From Fervidobacterium sp. (GTDB taxonomy: Bacteria; Thermotogota; Thermotogae; Thermotogales; Fervidobacteriaceae): DNA of 64,000 bases. Shown here piece after piece: positions 38,949 through 48,701 of this stretch. Location: contig JBMFNR010000002.1 of assembly GCA_049970055.1 (NCBI GenBank), forward strand, positions 180,406 through 244,405, given 5' to 3'. The position numbers were made by a program, and so were the translations under genes. Position 1 is the stretch's first letter; each line of letters begins with the position of its first letter. The notes beneath the pieces are model-generated. The model did not search any database, was not told where the DNA came from, and saw only the letters and a list, made by a program, of their open reading frames with translations.

Positions 38949-39929
38949 TCAGTAAAGGTGACATGCGATTTGTCTACCATCCTCAAGTTTTTTTTGCACA
39001 GGTTGTGTTGTTTTACATATATTCATTGCATACTGGCACCTTGGGTGGAATCTACATCCAGCGGGAGGATTAATTGGATTTGGTACTTCTCCTTTGGGAA
39101 TAAATTTTTCTTTTGTCTCCATTAACTTCGGATCAGGTTCAGGTATAGCGGATATCAATGCTTTGGTGTACGGATGCTTTGGATTTTCGTAAATATGACT
39201 GTAAGTACCGATTTCTACAAATTTGCCAAGGTACATAACACCAACGTGATCGCAAATATACTTAGTTGTTGCCAGATCATGTGTGATGAACAAAAACGTT
39301 AGATCAAACTCTTTCTTAAGATCGATTAACAATTGCAGAAGTTGAGATCTCACTGATACATCTAACATCGCGAGTGCTTCGTCTGCGACGATAAACTCCG
39401 GCTTCAAAATTAACGCCCTTGCTATCACCACACGTTGTCTTTGACCTCCCGAGATCTCGTGTGGATAACTATTGTAAAGTTCAGTAGATAAATTCACTCT
39501 CTCCATCATTTCTAAAACCATCTTTTTCCTTTCACTGTCGGTTTTGCCTATGTTATGAATTTCAAGACCATGTTTTATTGCATCACCGATTTTCATGTAT
39601 GGATTAAGGGAAGCAGTTGGATCTTGGAATATAATTTGAAACCTTTTTCTAAAAGATCGCAATTCACTTTGGCTAAGTTTGGTTATATCAACACCATCGA
39701 ATATAATTTTTCCACTTGTTGGTTCTATTAAGCGCAACACAAGCCTTCCTGTTGTAGTTTTTCCACTTCCAGATTCACCAACTAATCCTAAGGTTTCTCC
39801 CTTTTTTATCTCAAAAGATATATTATCAACGGCTTTGACAAGCTTTTGTTCCTTTCCGGTTAAAACTTCTCCAATCGATCTTTTTACAGGAAAGTATTTC
39901 ACTAAGTTTTCCACTTTTAGAAGTGACAT
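38949..39929 (-). CDS. Opp/Dpp ABC transporter ATP-binding subunit (OppF-like)
   Basis: GESGSGKT, SGGQRQR, HPYT, GCRFHPRC. Confidence 0.93.
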   Translation of the reverse strand: MSLLKVENLVKYFPVKRSIGEVLTGKEQKLVKAVDNISFEIKKGETLGLVGESGSGKTTTGRLVLRLIEPTSGKIIFDGVDITKLSQSELRSFRKRFQIIFQDPTASLNPYMKIGDAIKHGLEIHNIGKTDSERKKMVLEMMERVNLSTELYNSYPHEISGGQRQRVVIARALILKPEFIVADEALAMLDVSVRSQLLQLLIDLKKEFDLTFLFITHDLATTKYICDHVGVMYLGKFVEIGTYSHIYENPKHPYTKALISAIPEPDPKLMETKEKFIPKGEVPNPINPPAGCRFHPRCQYAMNICKTTQPVQKKLEDGRQIACHLY

Positions 39930-40924
39930 TATATCACCTCGTTTTCGACGTGCGATTCGTAAAGCCAACACTTAACTTGTGTCCCTTCGACTTTGTACAT
40001 CGGGGGCTCTAATGTTTCACATTTTTGCATTTTAAATGGGCACCGACTTGCGAATCGACAACCAGGTTCCGGGTTTAGCAAAAATGGAGGGGAACCTGGT
40101 ATGTAATTGAGTTCTAAATCCCTTGGGTTTGTATTTGGTATACTTTTAAGTAGCAGCTGGGTGTATGGATGTTTTGGAAAATAGTATATATCGTACTTAG
40201 GGGCAATTTCTACCATGTGCCCAGCGTACATCACCGCAATTCTGTCGGCCATTTCAGCAACTACACCTAGGTCGTGTGTGATAAGTATCATCGAGGAATT
40301 GTATTCCTTTCGAATCTCATTTAGAAGTTCAAGTATCTGTGCTTGTACTATCACATCGAGCGAAGTTGTAGGTTCGTCCGCAATAACTATGTACGGATTC
40401 AAGACAAGGGCTAGTGCGATCATAACCCGTTGGCGCATACCGCCACTGAATTGAAAGGGATATTCCCTCATTCTTACTGGTTCAATACCGACCTTTTCAA
40501 GTATTTTTGCTGTTCTTTCTGCTGCTTGCTCCTTTGTTATTGTAGGCTCGTGTTCTTTTAGTGTTTCGTAGAAAAGTTTCTCGACTTTTATTATTGGATT
40601 CAACGCTGTCATTGGATCTTGGAAAATCATGCCAACAAGCTTTCCTCTCACTTTTCTCATTTGCTGTTCGTTTAAAGGTACAATATCTGTATCTACAACC
40701 CTCATCTGCCCTATGTACTTTGTGGAAGGTGGTAGCAATTTCAAAATTCCCTGCCCGAGTGTGGATTTTCCACAACCGGATTCACCAACGATACCTAAAG
40801 TCTCACCTTCGTAAACAGAAAAAGAAATTCCATCAACAGCCTTCACATACCCTCGTTTTGTTGAATAATATATCCTAAAATCTTTAGCCTCCAAAACTGT
40901 TTTATTTTTATTAACATTTGCCAT
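39929..40924 (-). CDS. Opp/Dpp ABC transporter ATP-binding subunit (OppD-like)
   Basis: GESGCGKS, SGGMRQR, DEPTT, GCRFASRC. Confidence 0.93.
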   Translation of the reverse strand: MANVNKNKTVLEAKDFRIYYSTKRGYVKAVDGISFSVYEGETLGIVGESGCGKSTLGQGILKLLPPSTKYIGQMRVVDTDIVPLNEQQMRKVRGKLVGMIFQDPMTALNPIIKVEKLFYETLKEHEPTITKEQAAERTAKILEKVGIEPVRMREYPFQFSGGMRQRVMIALALVLNPYIVIADEPTTSLDVIVQAQILELLNEIRKEYNSSMILITHDLGVVAEMADRIAVMYAGHMVEIAPKYDIYYFPKHPYTQLLLKSIPNTNPRDLELNYIPGSPPFLLNPEPGCRFASRCPFKMQKCETLEPPMYKVEGTQVKCWLYESHVENEVI

Positions 40925-40928
40925 CTCA

Positions 40929-41807
40929 TCACCTTCTTTCTCTTATCGTTGGATTAAGAAGTTCATTGAGACCTTCACTAAACATTGAAAATCCAAGAGC
41001 TGCAATAACTATCGCAAGTCCGGGATATAATATAGCCCACCATGCTCTACTGAGGATGAATCTTTGTCCGCTACTCAAGTCGAATCCCCAGTCAGGTGTT
41101 GGTGGTGCGATTCCCAATCCCAAGAAAGAAAGTCCGGCTTCCGTCATCAAGGCATCTGCTAAGTTCATAGAAAGAACCACAACAACAGATGGCATAACGT
41201 TTGGAAAAACATACTTGGTGAGTATCTCCCAATTTTTTGCACCAAGTGCCCTTGCTCCTTCAACATACAATTCATTCTTAACTGATGAGACCTGATTTCG
41301 TATGATTCTAAAGTAGGTTGGTGCGTACACCACAGCGATAGAGAATGAAATATTGACAATTCCAGGTCCCAGTACGGCGGCGATAGCGATAGCTAAAATC
41401 AATCCAGGGAAAACATAAAGTGCATCCATTATGAGTGTTAAAATCCTGTCAAGCCATCCTCCAACGTAACCTGAAATCAATCCGAGTGGTATACCTATTA
41501 TCGCGGCTATAACTACACCTAAAAAAGAAACACTAAGCGCTATTCTCGAACCGTATATAACTCTACTGAAGACATCCCTTCCAAGATTATCTGTACCGAA
41601 CAGGAAATCTTTTGAAGGTGGTTCAAGCGAAAGCCCAACTTTTTCGATAGGATCGTACCTACTTATATATGGTGCGAGAAAGGCTACAAGTATATAAAAA
41701 ATCAAAATAAGTCCACCTATTAACGTTAACCTACCCGTACCAGTGCCAACAAGGTCTCTTAAAATTTCTCCGATGCTTTCGCTGATAAACTTTTTATCTT
41801 TACCCAT
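40929..41807 (-). CDS. Opp/Dpp ABC permease (OppC-like)
   Basis: FGTDNLGRDVFSR, YVEGARALGA, EAGLSFLGLG. Confidence 0.93.
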   Translation of the reverse strand: MGKDKKFISESIGEILRDLVGTGTGRLTLIGGLILIFYILVAFLAPYISRYDPIEKVGLSLEPPSKDFLFGTDNLGRDVFSRVIYGSRIALSVSFLGVVIAAIIGIPLGLISGYVGGWLDRILTLIMDALYVFPGLILAIAIAAVLGPGIVNISFSIAVVYAPTYFRIIRNQVSSVKNELYVEGARALGAKNWEILTKYVFPNVMPSVVVVLSMNLADALMTEAGLSFLGLGIAPPTPDWGFDLSSGQRFILSRAWWAILYPGLAIVIAALGFSMFSEGLNELLNPTIRERR

Positions 41808-41832
41808 ATTATTTTCACCCCTCAAATGCTGA

Positions 41833-42840
41833 CTAATACCTAACTCGAGGATCAACTAATGCATTGACTATATCGATAACGATGCTCGTTATCACTATAA
41901 ATATCGCAAAAAAAACAATAGTTCCTTGTATAGCCGGAAAATCCCTATAACGAATTTTCATAACAAGATAGCTTCCTATCCCTGGCCAAGAAAACGTTGT
42001 TTCCGTTAAAACAGCACCAGCCAACAAAAGAGCAAATTCCATACCCATGATTGTAAAAATTGGTACGAACGCATTTCTCACTGCATGACCGTAAAGAACA
42101 ATCCTTTTTTTCAAACCTCTTGCACGAGCAGCTTTAACAAAGTCTTTTGAAAGCATCAAAACAGTATTATTCCTAACCATTCTAAGAAAAATACTAGAAA
42201 TAACTGTTCCAAGCGTAATACTTGGAAGTGCGAGATACTTTAGTGCCTCCATCAAGCCTTTCCAATCTCTTGCAATTAAAGCATCTAAAACGTACAATCC
42301 CGTAACTACTTTGAAATTCACTACGGCAGAAATCCTTCCACCTACTGGTAACCATCTCAAATAGGATCCAAAAATCAACTGCAGTAGTAATCCAAACCAA
42401 AAGACTGGGAATGCGTAGATTAGCAGCGAATAAACCCTTGCTGCTATATCAAGTGCTCCATCTTTCCTCCATGCAGCCTCCGCTCCCCAAAAGATTCCAA
42501 TTAGCAAAGCTACGATAAATGAAAATATCGTTAACTCCAAAGTAGCCGGAAACCTATCTTTTATCTCATCTATAACAGGGCGATTCGTCAACGTAGATGT
42601 TCCAAAGTCTCCCTTTAAGACGTTAACTACATAGTCACCAAATTGGGCTAAAATAGGTTTATCAAGCCCCATTTCATGCCTTTTTTCCTCTATAACTTCC
42701 TTCGGTGCTTTGCCGCCAAGAATGGCGAGTACAGGATCACCAGGCATTACTCTGAGGATTACAAAAATAACAGAAAGCAAAATAAAAATCATGGGAATAG
42801 CAAGCAGAATTCTTGTGATGATGTAATTTTTTAACGACAA
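41833..42840 (-). CDS. Opp/Dpp ABC permease (OppB-like)
   Basis: PGDP, FPATLEL, ARARGL, ETTFSWPGIG. Confidence 0.93.
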   Translation of the reverse strand: MSLKNYIITRILLAIPMIFILLSVIFVILRVMPGDPVLAILGGKAPKEVIEEKRHEMGLDKPILAQFGDYVVNVLKGDFGTSTLTNRPVIDEIKDRFPATLELTIFSFIVALLIGIFWGAEAAWRKDGALDIAARVYSLLIYAFPVFWFGLLLQLIFGSYLRWLPVGGRISAVVNFKVVTGLYVLDALIARDWKGLMEALKYLALPSITLGTVISSIFLRMVRNNTVLMLSKDFVKAARARGLKKRIVLYGHAVRNAFVPIFTIMGMEFALLLAGAVLTETTFSWPGIGSYLVMKIRYRDFPAIQGTIVFFAIFIVITSIVIDIVNALVDPRVRY

Positions 42841-42882
42841 TTCGCATCCCTCCTGAAGCTTGGTTTTGGTTATTTAAATATT

Positions 42883-42911
42883 TAAAAAAGCCCGCCCACA
42901 GGCGGGCTTTT
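42883..42911 (-). terminator. Terminator/stabilising hairpin after the solute-binding protein gene
   Basis: AAAAGCCCGCC/GGCGGGCTTTT. Confidence 0.8.
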
Positions 42912-42922
42912 GATTCAAACTT

Positions 42923-44437
42923 TTACTTTTTTTCAAGTGTGTAATATCTGAAAATTTGTGTTGGTTCAAGTACAATTCCTGAAACGGTATTTTTCGCTTC
43001 ACAATCTGCGTATCCTTGCCACAACGGTATGTATGGTACATCTTTTGCCGATGCAGCTTGCACCAATTCGTAAAGCTTTGTTCTTTCCTTAATGTCTGTT
43101 GCAGCGCGTGCTTGCATCATTAAAGTTTCAACTTGCTTGTTTTCGTAGAAACTACCGAGTGACTCTCCACCGCTCTTACTCAAGAATGGCCATACGTAAT
43201 CATCTGGGTCAAGATAGTCTGGGTACCAACCGAGTAAGAACAATCCCATTGTTCCATTTAAGAAGTACTCAACATAAGTTGACCATTCGGCATACTTGAT
43301 ATTGATTTTTATTAATTTTGTTTCTTCCAACGATCTTTTGATCAGTTGAGCCACATCAGCTTCCGTCGAACCGTAGTGGCTTGGAGTGTACCACAGGTCT
43401 ATTGTTAATGGTTTTGACTCAGAGTACCCTGCTTTTTTAAGTATATCTACTGCTGCTTTCACATCTTTCTTCGGAAACACATCTTTGTGGCTCCACCACC
43501 CCATTGGTATAAGTGAATACAATGGTCTAGCAAGATCTTGGAAAACAGTCTTTGTTATTACTTCTCTATCAACAGCGTAAGCTAATGCTTGCCTTACCAA
43601 CACATTATCGAAAGGTTTTTGTTTTACATTAATCACCAGATACCTTATTTGCGGACTTGTCCCGAGATAAACTTTTATGCCAAGTTGATCTTGCATTTGC
43701 TTGAGATCGAGTATATCTCTTGGATCCATGTGCCTGTATGCAACATCAATTTGACCTGTTTCAAGTGCCATTCTAAGTTGTGCGGAATTTTCGAAGAATT
43801 GGATTATTATCTTTGGTGTTTTCGGAGCTGGTCCAAAGTATTTTGGATTCGCTTCTAAAACGATTTTAACATCCCTTTGCCATTCGGCAATTCTATATGG
43901 TCCAGATGCAGAAGGTGCACCATCTAAAAATTTATCTTCCGGCGTTGTCTTTGGATTCATCGGGAATGCAACGGTGTAACCAAGTACTGAGACAAATGCT
44001 GAGAACTTGTATTTCAGTTTTACTTTTAACGTATACTTGTCAACAACGTCGATTTTGTCGATGATATCGCCAAGTAAGAATGCTGGATCACCATTGAGTT
44101 TCATAACCCTTTCCCATGACCATTTGAAGACATTTGCATCGATTTCTGTACCATCCTCAAACTTAGCACCTTTTTTAATATAGAACGTGTACGTCAAGCC
44201 ATCTGCCGAAATAGTCCACTTTTCAAAAAGCCAAGGAATGATCTCGGAACTGCCTATCTTGTAGTCCACAGGGCCTGCTAAAACATTGAAAAGAATGTTG
44301 CTTGAGAAATAATCATAACAATTCGCTGGATCGAGCGTTCTAATCTTGTCTGTTGTACCGATAACTATGTAGTTTGCAGCGGCAAAAGACAAAACCATAA
44401 CGACCGCCAAAAAGACAAAAGTCAAAAACTTCCTCAT
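42923..44437 (-). CDS. Family 5 ABC solute-binding protein (OppA/DppA-like)
   Basis: Signal peptide, TLDPA, SADGLTYTF, SGPY, VRQALAYAVDR, GWYPDYLDPD. Confidence 0.92.
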   Translation of the reverse strand: MRKFLTFVFLAVVMVLSFAAANYIVIGTTDKIRTLDPANCYDYFSSNILFNVLAGPVDYKIGSSEIIPWLFEKWTISADGLTYTFYIKKGAKFEDGTEIDANVFKWSWERVMKLNGDPAFLLGDIIDKIDVVDKYTLKVKLKYKFSAFVSVLGYTVAFPMNPKTTPEDKFLDGAPSASGPYRIAEWQRDVKIVLEANPKYFGPAPKTPKIIIQFFENSAQLRMALETGQIDVAYRHMDPRDILDLKQMQDQLGIKVYLGTSPQIRYLVINVKQKPFDNVLVRQALAYAVDREVITKTVFQDLARPLYSLIPMGWWSHKDVFPKKDVKAAVDILKKAGYSESKPLTIDLWYTPSHYGSTEADVAQLIKRSLEETKLIKINIKYAEWSTYVEYFLNGTMGLFLLGWYPDYLDPDDYVWPFLSKSGGESLGSFYENKQVETLMMQARAATDIKERTKLYELVQAASAKDVPYIPLWQGYADCEAKNTVSGIVLEPTQIFRYYTLEKK

Positions 44438-44552
44438 ACCTATCCCTCCCTTTCTTTAAGGTTGACAAAATTATAGCAAAATAATGTTACAAAAAAAACA
44501 CAAAAAAAGAATGTAAAGTAACTCTCGTATGTACTATTTATTATTTGGTATG

Positions 44553-44584
44553 AAAAAGCAGGAGCTTTTACGCTCCTGCTTTTT
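44553..44584 (-). terminator. Intrinsic terminator
   Basis: AAAAAGCAGGAGC/GCTCCTGCTTTTT. Confidence 0.8.
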
Positions 44585-44608
44585 AGGTTTTTTATTTTTC
44601 CGGATTTA

Positions 44609-45009
44609 TTATTTACACCATTCCATAACTTCTTCTTTACTTATTGTTGCGAGTGCAATATAATTATCTGGGGCTCCGTAGTAAATGTAAAATTGAGTAT
44701 TGTATTCTACCATAGCATCAATAAATACTACATTAGGTACACCGCCGAAAATCTCCCACTCCTCTTCTGATTCCAATATAGGTTCTTCGCTTCTTTTAAG
44801 TATCTTAGTTGGATCATTCAGATCAAGGAGCATGAATCCAAGTCTATAAATTGACCTTGGTGCATCTTCAGCAACATGACTATGCCATGGCTAACCAGTG
44901 ACGTTGTTATTGCAACAGTTGTAGCATATGATGGATCAATTCTCCTAAATGCGGTATCGTACATATAAGTCAGAAAAGTTGAGGAAATAAACATACACAT
45001 CTTCGCCAT
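44609..45009 (-). pseudogene. Remnant: C-terminal GH130-family glycosidase/phosphorylase fragment preceded by a possible sugar-ABC permease fragment
   Basis: IYRLGFMLLDLNDPTKILKRSEEPIL..GGVPNVVF..IYYGAPD; frame blocked upstream by TAG; frameshifted HGI; upstream TYMYDTAFRRIDPSYA. Confidence 0.75.
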
Positions 45010-45116
45010 AACTGTGGAAAGGAAAAGTAATTAGCTTCTCATCATCGGTACGAAATATGGTGTTTTGTTTCAATATTTCCTTACCACATTAATCTATTTA
45101 ATCTACTTTAGAATGT

Positions 45117-45163
45117 AAAAAAATCCTCCTTGGCATGCTGTCCGGGATACCAAGGAGGATTTT
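45117..45163 (-). terminator. Intrinsic terminator
   Basis: AAAATCCTCCTTGG/CCAAGGAGGATTTT. Confidence 0.8.
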
Positions 45164-45203
45164 CAAAATTTCAAGATTTCCAATGTTTTTTATCTTAATT
45201 ATA

Positions 45204-47192
45204 TTATTTTATTTTTACAGGAATAAGCTGCGCGTACGATTGTCCAGGAATGTAAGATCTTAATATTTCCTCCTGACTATAGCCTTCCGGAACGATAATA
45301 TCAAGAACAAAAGGTGCGTAATCTTTTGAATCACTTGGATAACCACCAAGTGTCCACTGAGTAGACTCGGGTGTAATGGGTCTTATGTGGTCGGTACCAT
45401 ATCCATCTTGACTTAACGATAGTATGTATGCGCTTATTCCAGATTTAATATCTAAGTACTTTTTGAAAATGATGATATTTATAACCTTATCTGCAGGATC
45501 TGCTTCGTATGTTATCGCTTCTGGTATTTCTTTTCCATCAGCTGTAGCGAAAACAATTCTATCATCCGGCCAACCTGCAACTTTTATGAAGTAATCCCAT
45601 GGTTCTTTGAAACTCACCCTGGCCCCTGGCTTGTACGTGTCTGTTTTACCACCGTCTTTTGTGTCAAGATAAATATTTATAAGTTGGTGTGAGAAGCCTT
45701 TTGGAGAAGCCCATGGGTTGGTCATTTCCGCAAACTTTATGCTGAAAACGTATGCCTCTTCGTTTTCAAGGACTGTAACTTCTGTTATATCAAACAATCC
45801 TTTGAACGGTGCAAATGCCGGATCTTTTGGATATGTATATTTTCCAAACCCGTAATCATCGCCAATTTTGTCGATGAGTTTTGCAACAACATTACCTGAT
45901 AACATAGTTGGTGTCTTGAGAACAAGCCCATCTTGCGGAAGGGCTTCGTCTTTTCCATCGATCGAGCACACTACAAACATGTTAAAAGATTCTCCGCTCT
46001 TTACACCAATTAAATCGTACGGTATTTCAAATTCCACTACATCATCGACGGCAGTTTTAAAAGCATTTGCTTGGAGAACCCAAGTATCGTCTCCAAGGGC
46101 GGCATAGAATGTTCCCCTTTTTCTTGTTAGCCATGTTTTCATATTGACTGTGAACCTGAATGAAACTGACTTAGCAAGTTTGGTACCATTAAAAGTTTTG
46201 TTATTGGAAGTGGTCATCTTTGGCGAATCTGTGTAGATTTCTATGAGCACGTTTTGACCAATGTATTCACTTGCCGCTTTTTCCAAAGTAACGGCCACGT
46301 ACAGTGCTGTTGAAGTTCTTGCTATGTAAGTTTCCTTTATGCTTGTTCCTTTAAAAACGGCTGTTGATTTCTCTTCATCGGAAAGTTTCCCATCGATCTG
46401 GTAAGAGACCGCTTTTACCACACTCTCTTTTGGTGGCTCTACCTTAGTTAGTTCTTCCTTTTTTACTCTTGGTGCTCCTACTTTGAGTTTCCCATCTTCT
46501 TTCCAGACTTCAAATATTCCATTTTTACCACCGAATCCATCATCTACGAAAGCTGGTGCATTTGGGTCAGCCACCCAATCTTTTCCATCCACAACAAATT
46601 TGTATTGGTAAACACCAGGTGTTAGTTCTAAGACCGCTTCCCACCAACCATCACCGGAACTGTAACATTCAGTATCGCTCATACTCCAGTTGTTGAATGA
46701 ACCGGCGATAAATACATATTTTGCATCCGGTTTGTAAAATTTAATAACGATGTATGTATTATCTTCGATCGATAAATTTTCCTGTCTTTCAGCATTTATT
46801 TCAACTTTTTCTTTTATCTGTGCAACTGGTTCAAGTATTATCAATTCCCCATTTTTGAGAGCTAATGTGAATACACCATTTTTACCACCGAATCCGTCAT
46901 CCGTGTACCCTGGTGCATCTGGGTCTTCTTTCCACACTTTACCACCGTCGATAACAAACTTGTACTGATAAGTTCCAGGTTTCAGTTCAAGTTCGGTAAC
47001 CCAGAGATCTCCTTCTTTTCTCATGGGATTTGCACTGGTCGACCAGTTATTAAACGTACCTGCAAGATGCACTGAACTTGCCTGAGGATAGTTGAACGTA
47101 AAGATAACTTTGTTACCTTCCACCTTCAATCCTGCTAGTGACAACACGGAAAACACCAGAACAAGTGCAACAATTAACCTTACCGTACGCAT
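45204..47192 (-). CDS. Secreted alpha-glucan-binding protein: 2x CBM48-like + glucodextranase/DOMON-like domain
   Basis: Two AG(T/S)FNNW..PGxYQYKFV..DP.AP..DDGFGGKNG repeats; GDDYGFGKYTYP, NPWASPKGFSHQLINIYLD. Confidence 0.85.
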   Translation of the reverse strand: MRTVRLIVALVLVFSVLSLAGLKVEGNKVIFTFNYPQASSVHLAGTFNNWSTSANPMRKEGDLWVTELELKPGTYQYKFVIDGGKVWKEDPDAPGYTDDGFGGKNGVFTLALKNGELIILEPVAQIKEKVEINAERQENLSIEDNTYIVIKFYKPDAKYVFIAGSFNNWSMSDTECYSSGDGWWEAVLELTPGVYQYKFVVDGKDWVADPNAPAFVDDGFGGKNGIFEVWKEDGKLKVGAPRVKKEELTKVEPPKESVVKAVSYQIDGKLSDEEKSTAVFKGTSIKETYIARTSTALYVAVTLEKAASEYIGQNVLIEIYTDSPKMTTSNNKTFNGTKLAKSVSFRFTVNMKTWLTRKRGTFYAALGDDTWVLQANAFKTAVDDVVEFEIPYDLIGVKSGESFNMFVVCSIDGKDEALPQDGLVLKTPTMLSGNVVAKLIDKIGDDYGFGKYTYPKDPAFAPFKGLFDITEVTVLENEEAYVFSIKFAEMTNPWASPKGFSHQLINIYLDTKDGGKTDTYKPGARVSFKEPWDYFIKVAGWPDDRIVFATADGKEIPEAITYEADPADKVINIIIFKKYLDIKSGISAYILSLSQDGYGTDHIRPITPESTQWTLGGYPSDSKDYAPFVLDIIVPEGYSQEEILRSYIPGQSYAQLIPVKIK

Positions 47193-47210
47193 GTTTTTAC
47201 CCCCTTTCGG

Positions 47211-47242
47211 TATGTTATGCATATATTATGTTATGCATATAT
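47211..47242. repeat. 16-bp tandem direct repeat (TATGTTATGCATATAT)x2
   Basis: Two perfect adjacent copies just upstream of the RBS of the CBM48 gene. Confidence 0.9.
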
Positions 47243-47288
47243 ATTTTCTCATAATTTTCTTAACTGGTAACATACTTGTGGAAATGTT

Positions 47289-48219
47289 TCAAAGGGTGCT
47301 TTCAATTTCTTTTATAACTTTCTTGATAACATTTCGTGATTTGAGGTAATTTTGCTGTTCAGTTTCGGTTAAGTCTAATTTTATTATCTTCTCGATACCA
47401 TCTTTCCCAACAACAGCTGGATAACCTATATATATTTCATCGACTAAAACAGATGGGGTCCAAACACGTTTTTCGTTTTTCCACATACTGCTAACAAATT
47501 GAGCAGTTACCGCACCAATTGCAAGATTAGTTGCACCTTTGCGTTCAATAATTTCATACGCCGCTTTTCTTACATTTTCTTCTATGACTTGTAAGTTTAG
47601 ACATATATTCTCACCAACTTTCACTTCACATTGCTTGCAGTAATCAAGTAATTTTAGCCCACCGATTGTTGCATTTGAAAATGGCACAAATTCACTATCC
47701 CCGTGCTCTCCAATAACATATGCATGAATACTTGCGGGAGAGATGCCAACCTGTTTTGACAACAAAACTCTCAACCTTGCTGTATCGAGTGTAGTACCTG
47801 TACCAATAACTCTTTTGCTTGGAAGTTTAGTGAACTTCCAAAGAAAATACGTTAGTACATCCAACAGGGTTCGTCACGTTAATAATAATACTATTTGGTG
47901 AATATTCGATAATTTCCTTAGCAATTGACTGCATAATTTTCACATTATCACTTATTAGTTCCAACCGTGATTCGCCGGGTTTTTGTGCTCTTCCAGCAGT
48001 GACAATGATGAAGTCGCTATTTGAGATATCGTACATGTTTCCGCTCTTAACATCACATGTTTTGAACATCGATGTCGCATGTAACAAATCGAGAGCTTCA
48101 CCTTCAGCCCTCTTCTTGTCGATGTCTAAAAGTACCAATTCATCAACCAAACCTGTATGCAAAAGTGAGAACGCTATACTCACTCCAACTCTGCCTGCCC
48201 CATAGATAGATACCTTCAT
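47289..48219 (-). pseudogene. ldh: L-lactate dehydrogenase, +1 frameshift at 47861-47862 (or sequencing error)
   Basis: GAGRVG, QKPGESRL, TNPV|DVLT split by an extra G, LDTAR, GEHGDS. Confidence 0.9.
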
Positions 48220-48607
48220 ATGCCACACTCCTTATTTAATTAGTTTAAAATAAGTCTATCGCAATTATATCACAGAATTCATTGTTTTCAAAGTCCAAAA
48301 TGATGCAGGTACACTCAGATTCTGTATATATGCAATATAAAATCACATCTTTACTAAGTAATTTTTTTGTCGAAAGAAAGTCCATATTCACGGCAAGTAA
48401 GTTTAAAATGCCGTTTTTAAAGATACCGCTGTACCGATATTTTGATCGATATTCTTAATGTATGAAAAACTGAATATCTAATTGCATTTCTTTCACATTT
48501 AATATGTTATGAGAAATTAGGTATGCACTAATTACACGAAAGATTATTTGCAAGCGTAAAGAAGCGGTGGATGTAACTTAATTTTTTCTATTCTTTACAG
48601 TATGTTA

Positions 48608-48625
48608 TTGTGAAATTATTCACTA
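48608..48625. promoter_or_regulatory. Rex-like operator 1 (TTGTGAA-ATTA-TTCACTA)
   Basis: One mismatch to consensus TTGTGAA-N4-TTCACAA. Confidence 0.75.
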
Positions 48626-48660
48626 TTTAACATTTCTCCCATAAGCCTGCTATATAATAA

Positions 48661-48678
48661 TTGTGAAACTTATCACAA
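48661..48678. promoter_or_regulatory. Rex-like operator 2 (TTGTGAA-ACTT-ATCACAA)
   Basis: One mismatch to consensus; immediately downstream of TATAAT at 48653-48658. Confidence 0.75.
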
Positions 48679-48701
48679 TACAATTCGAAGGAGGGAGAAG
48701 T

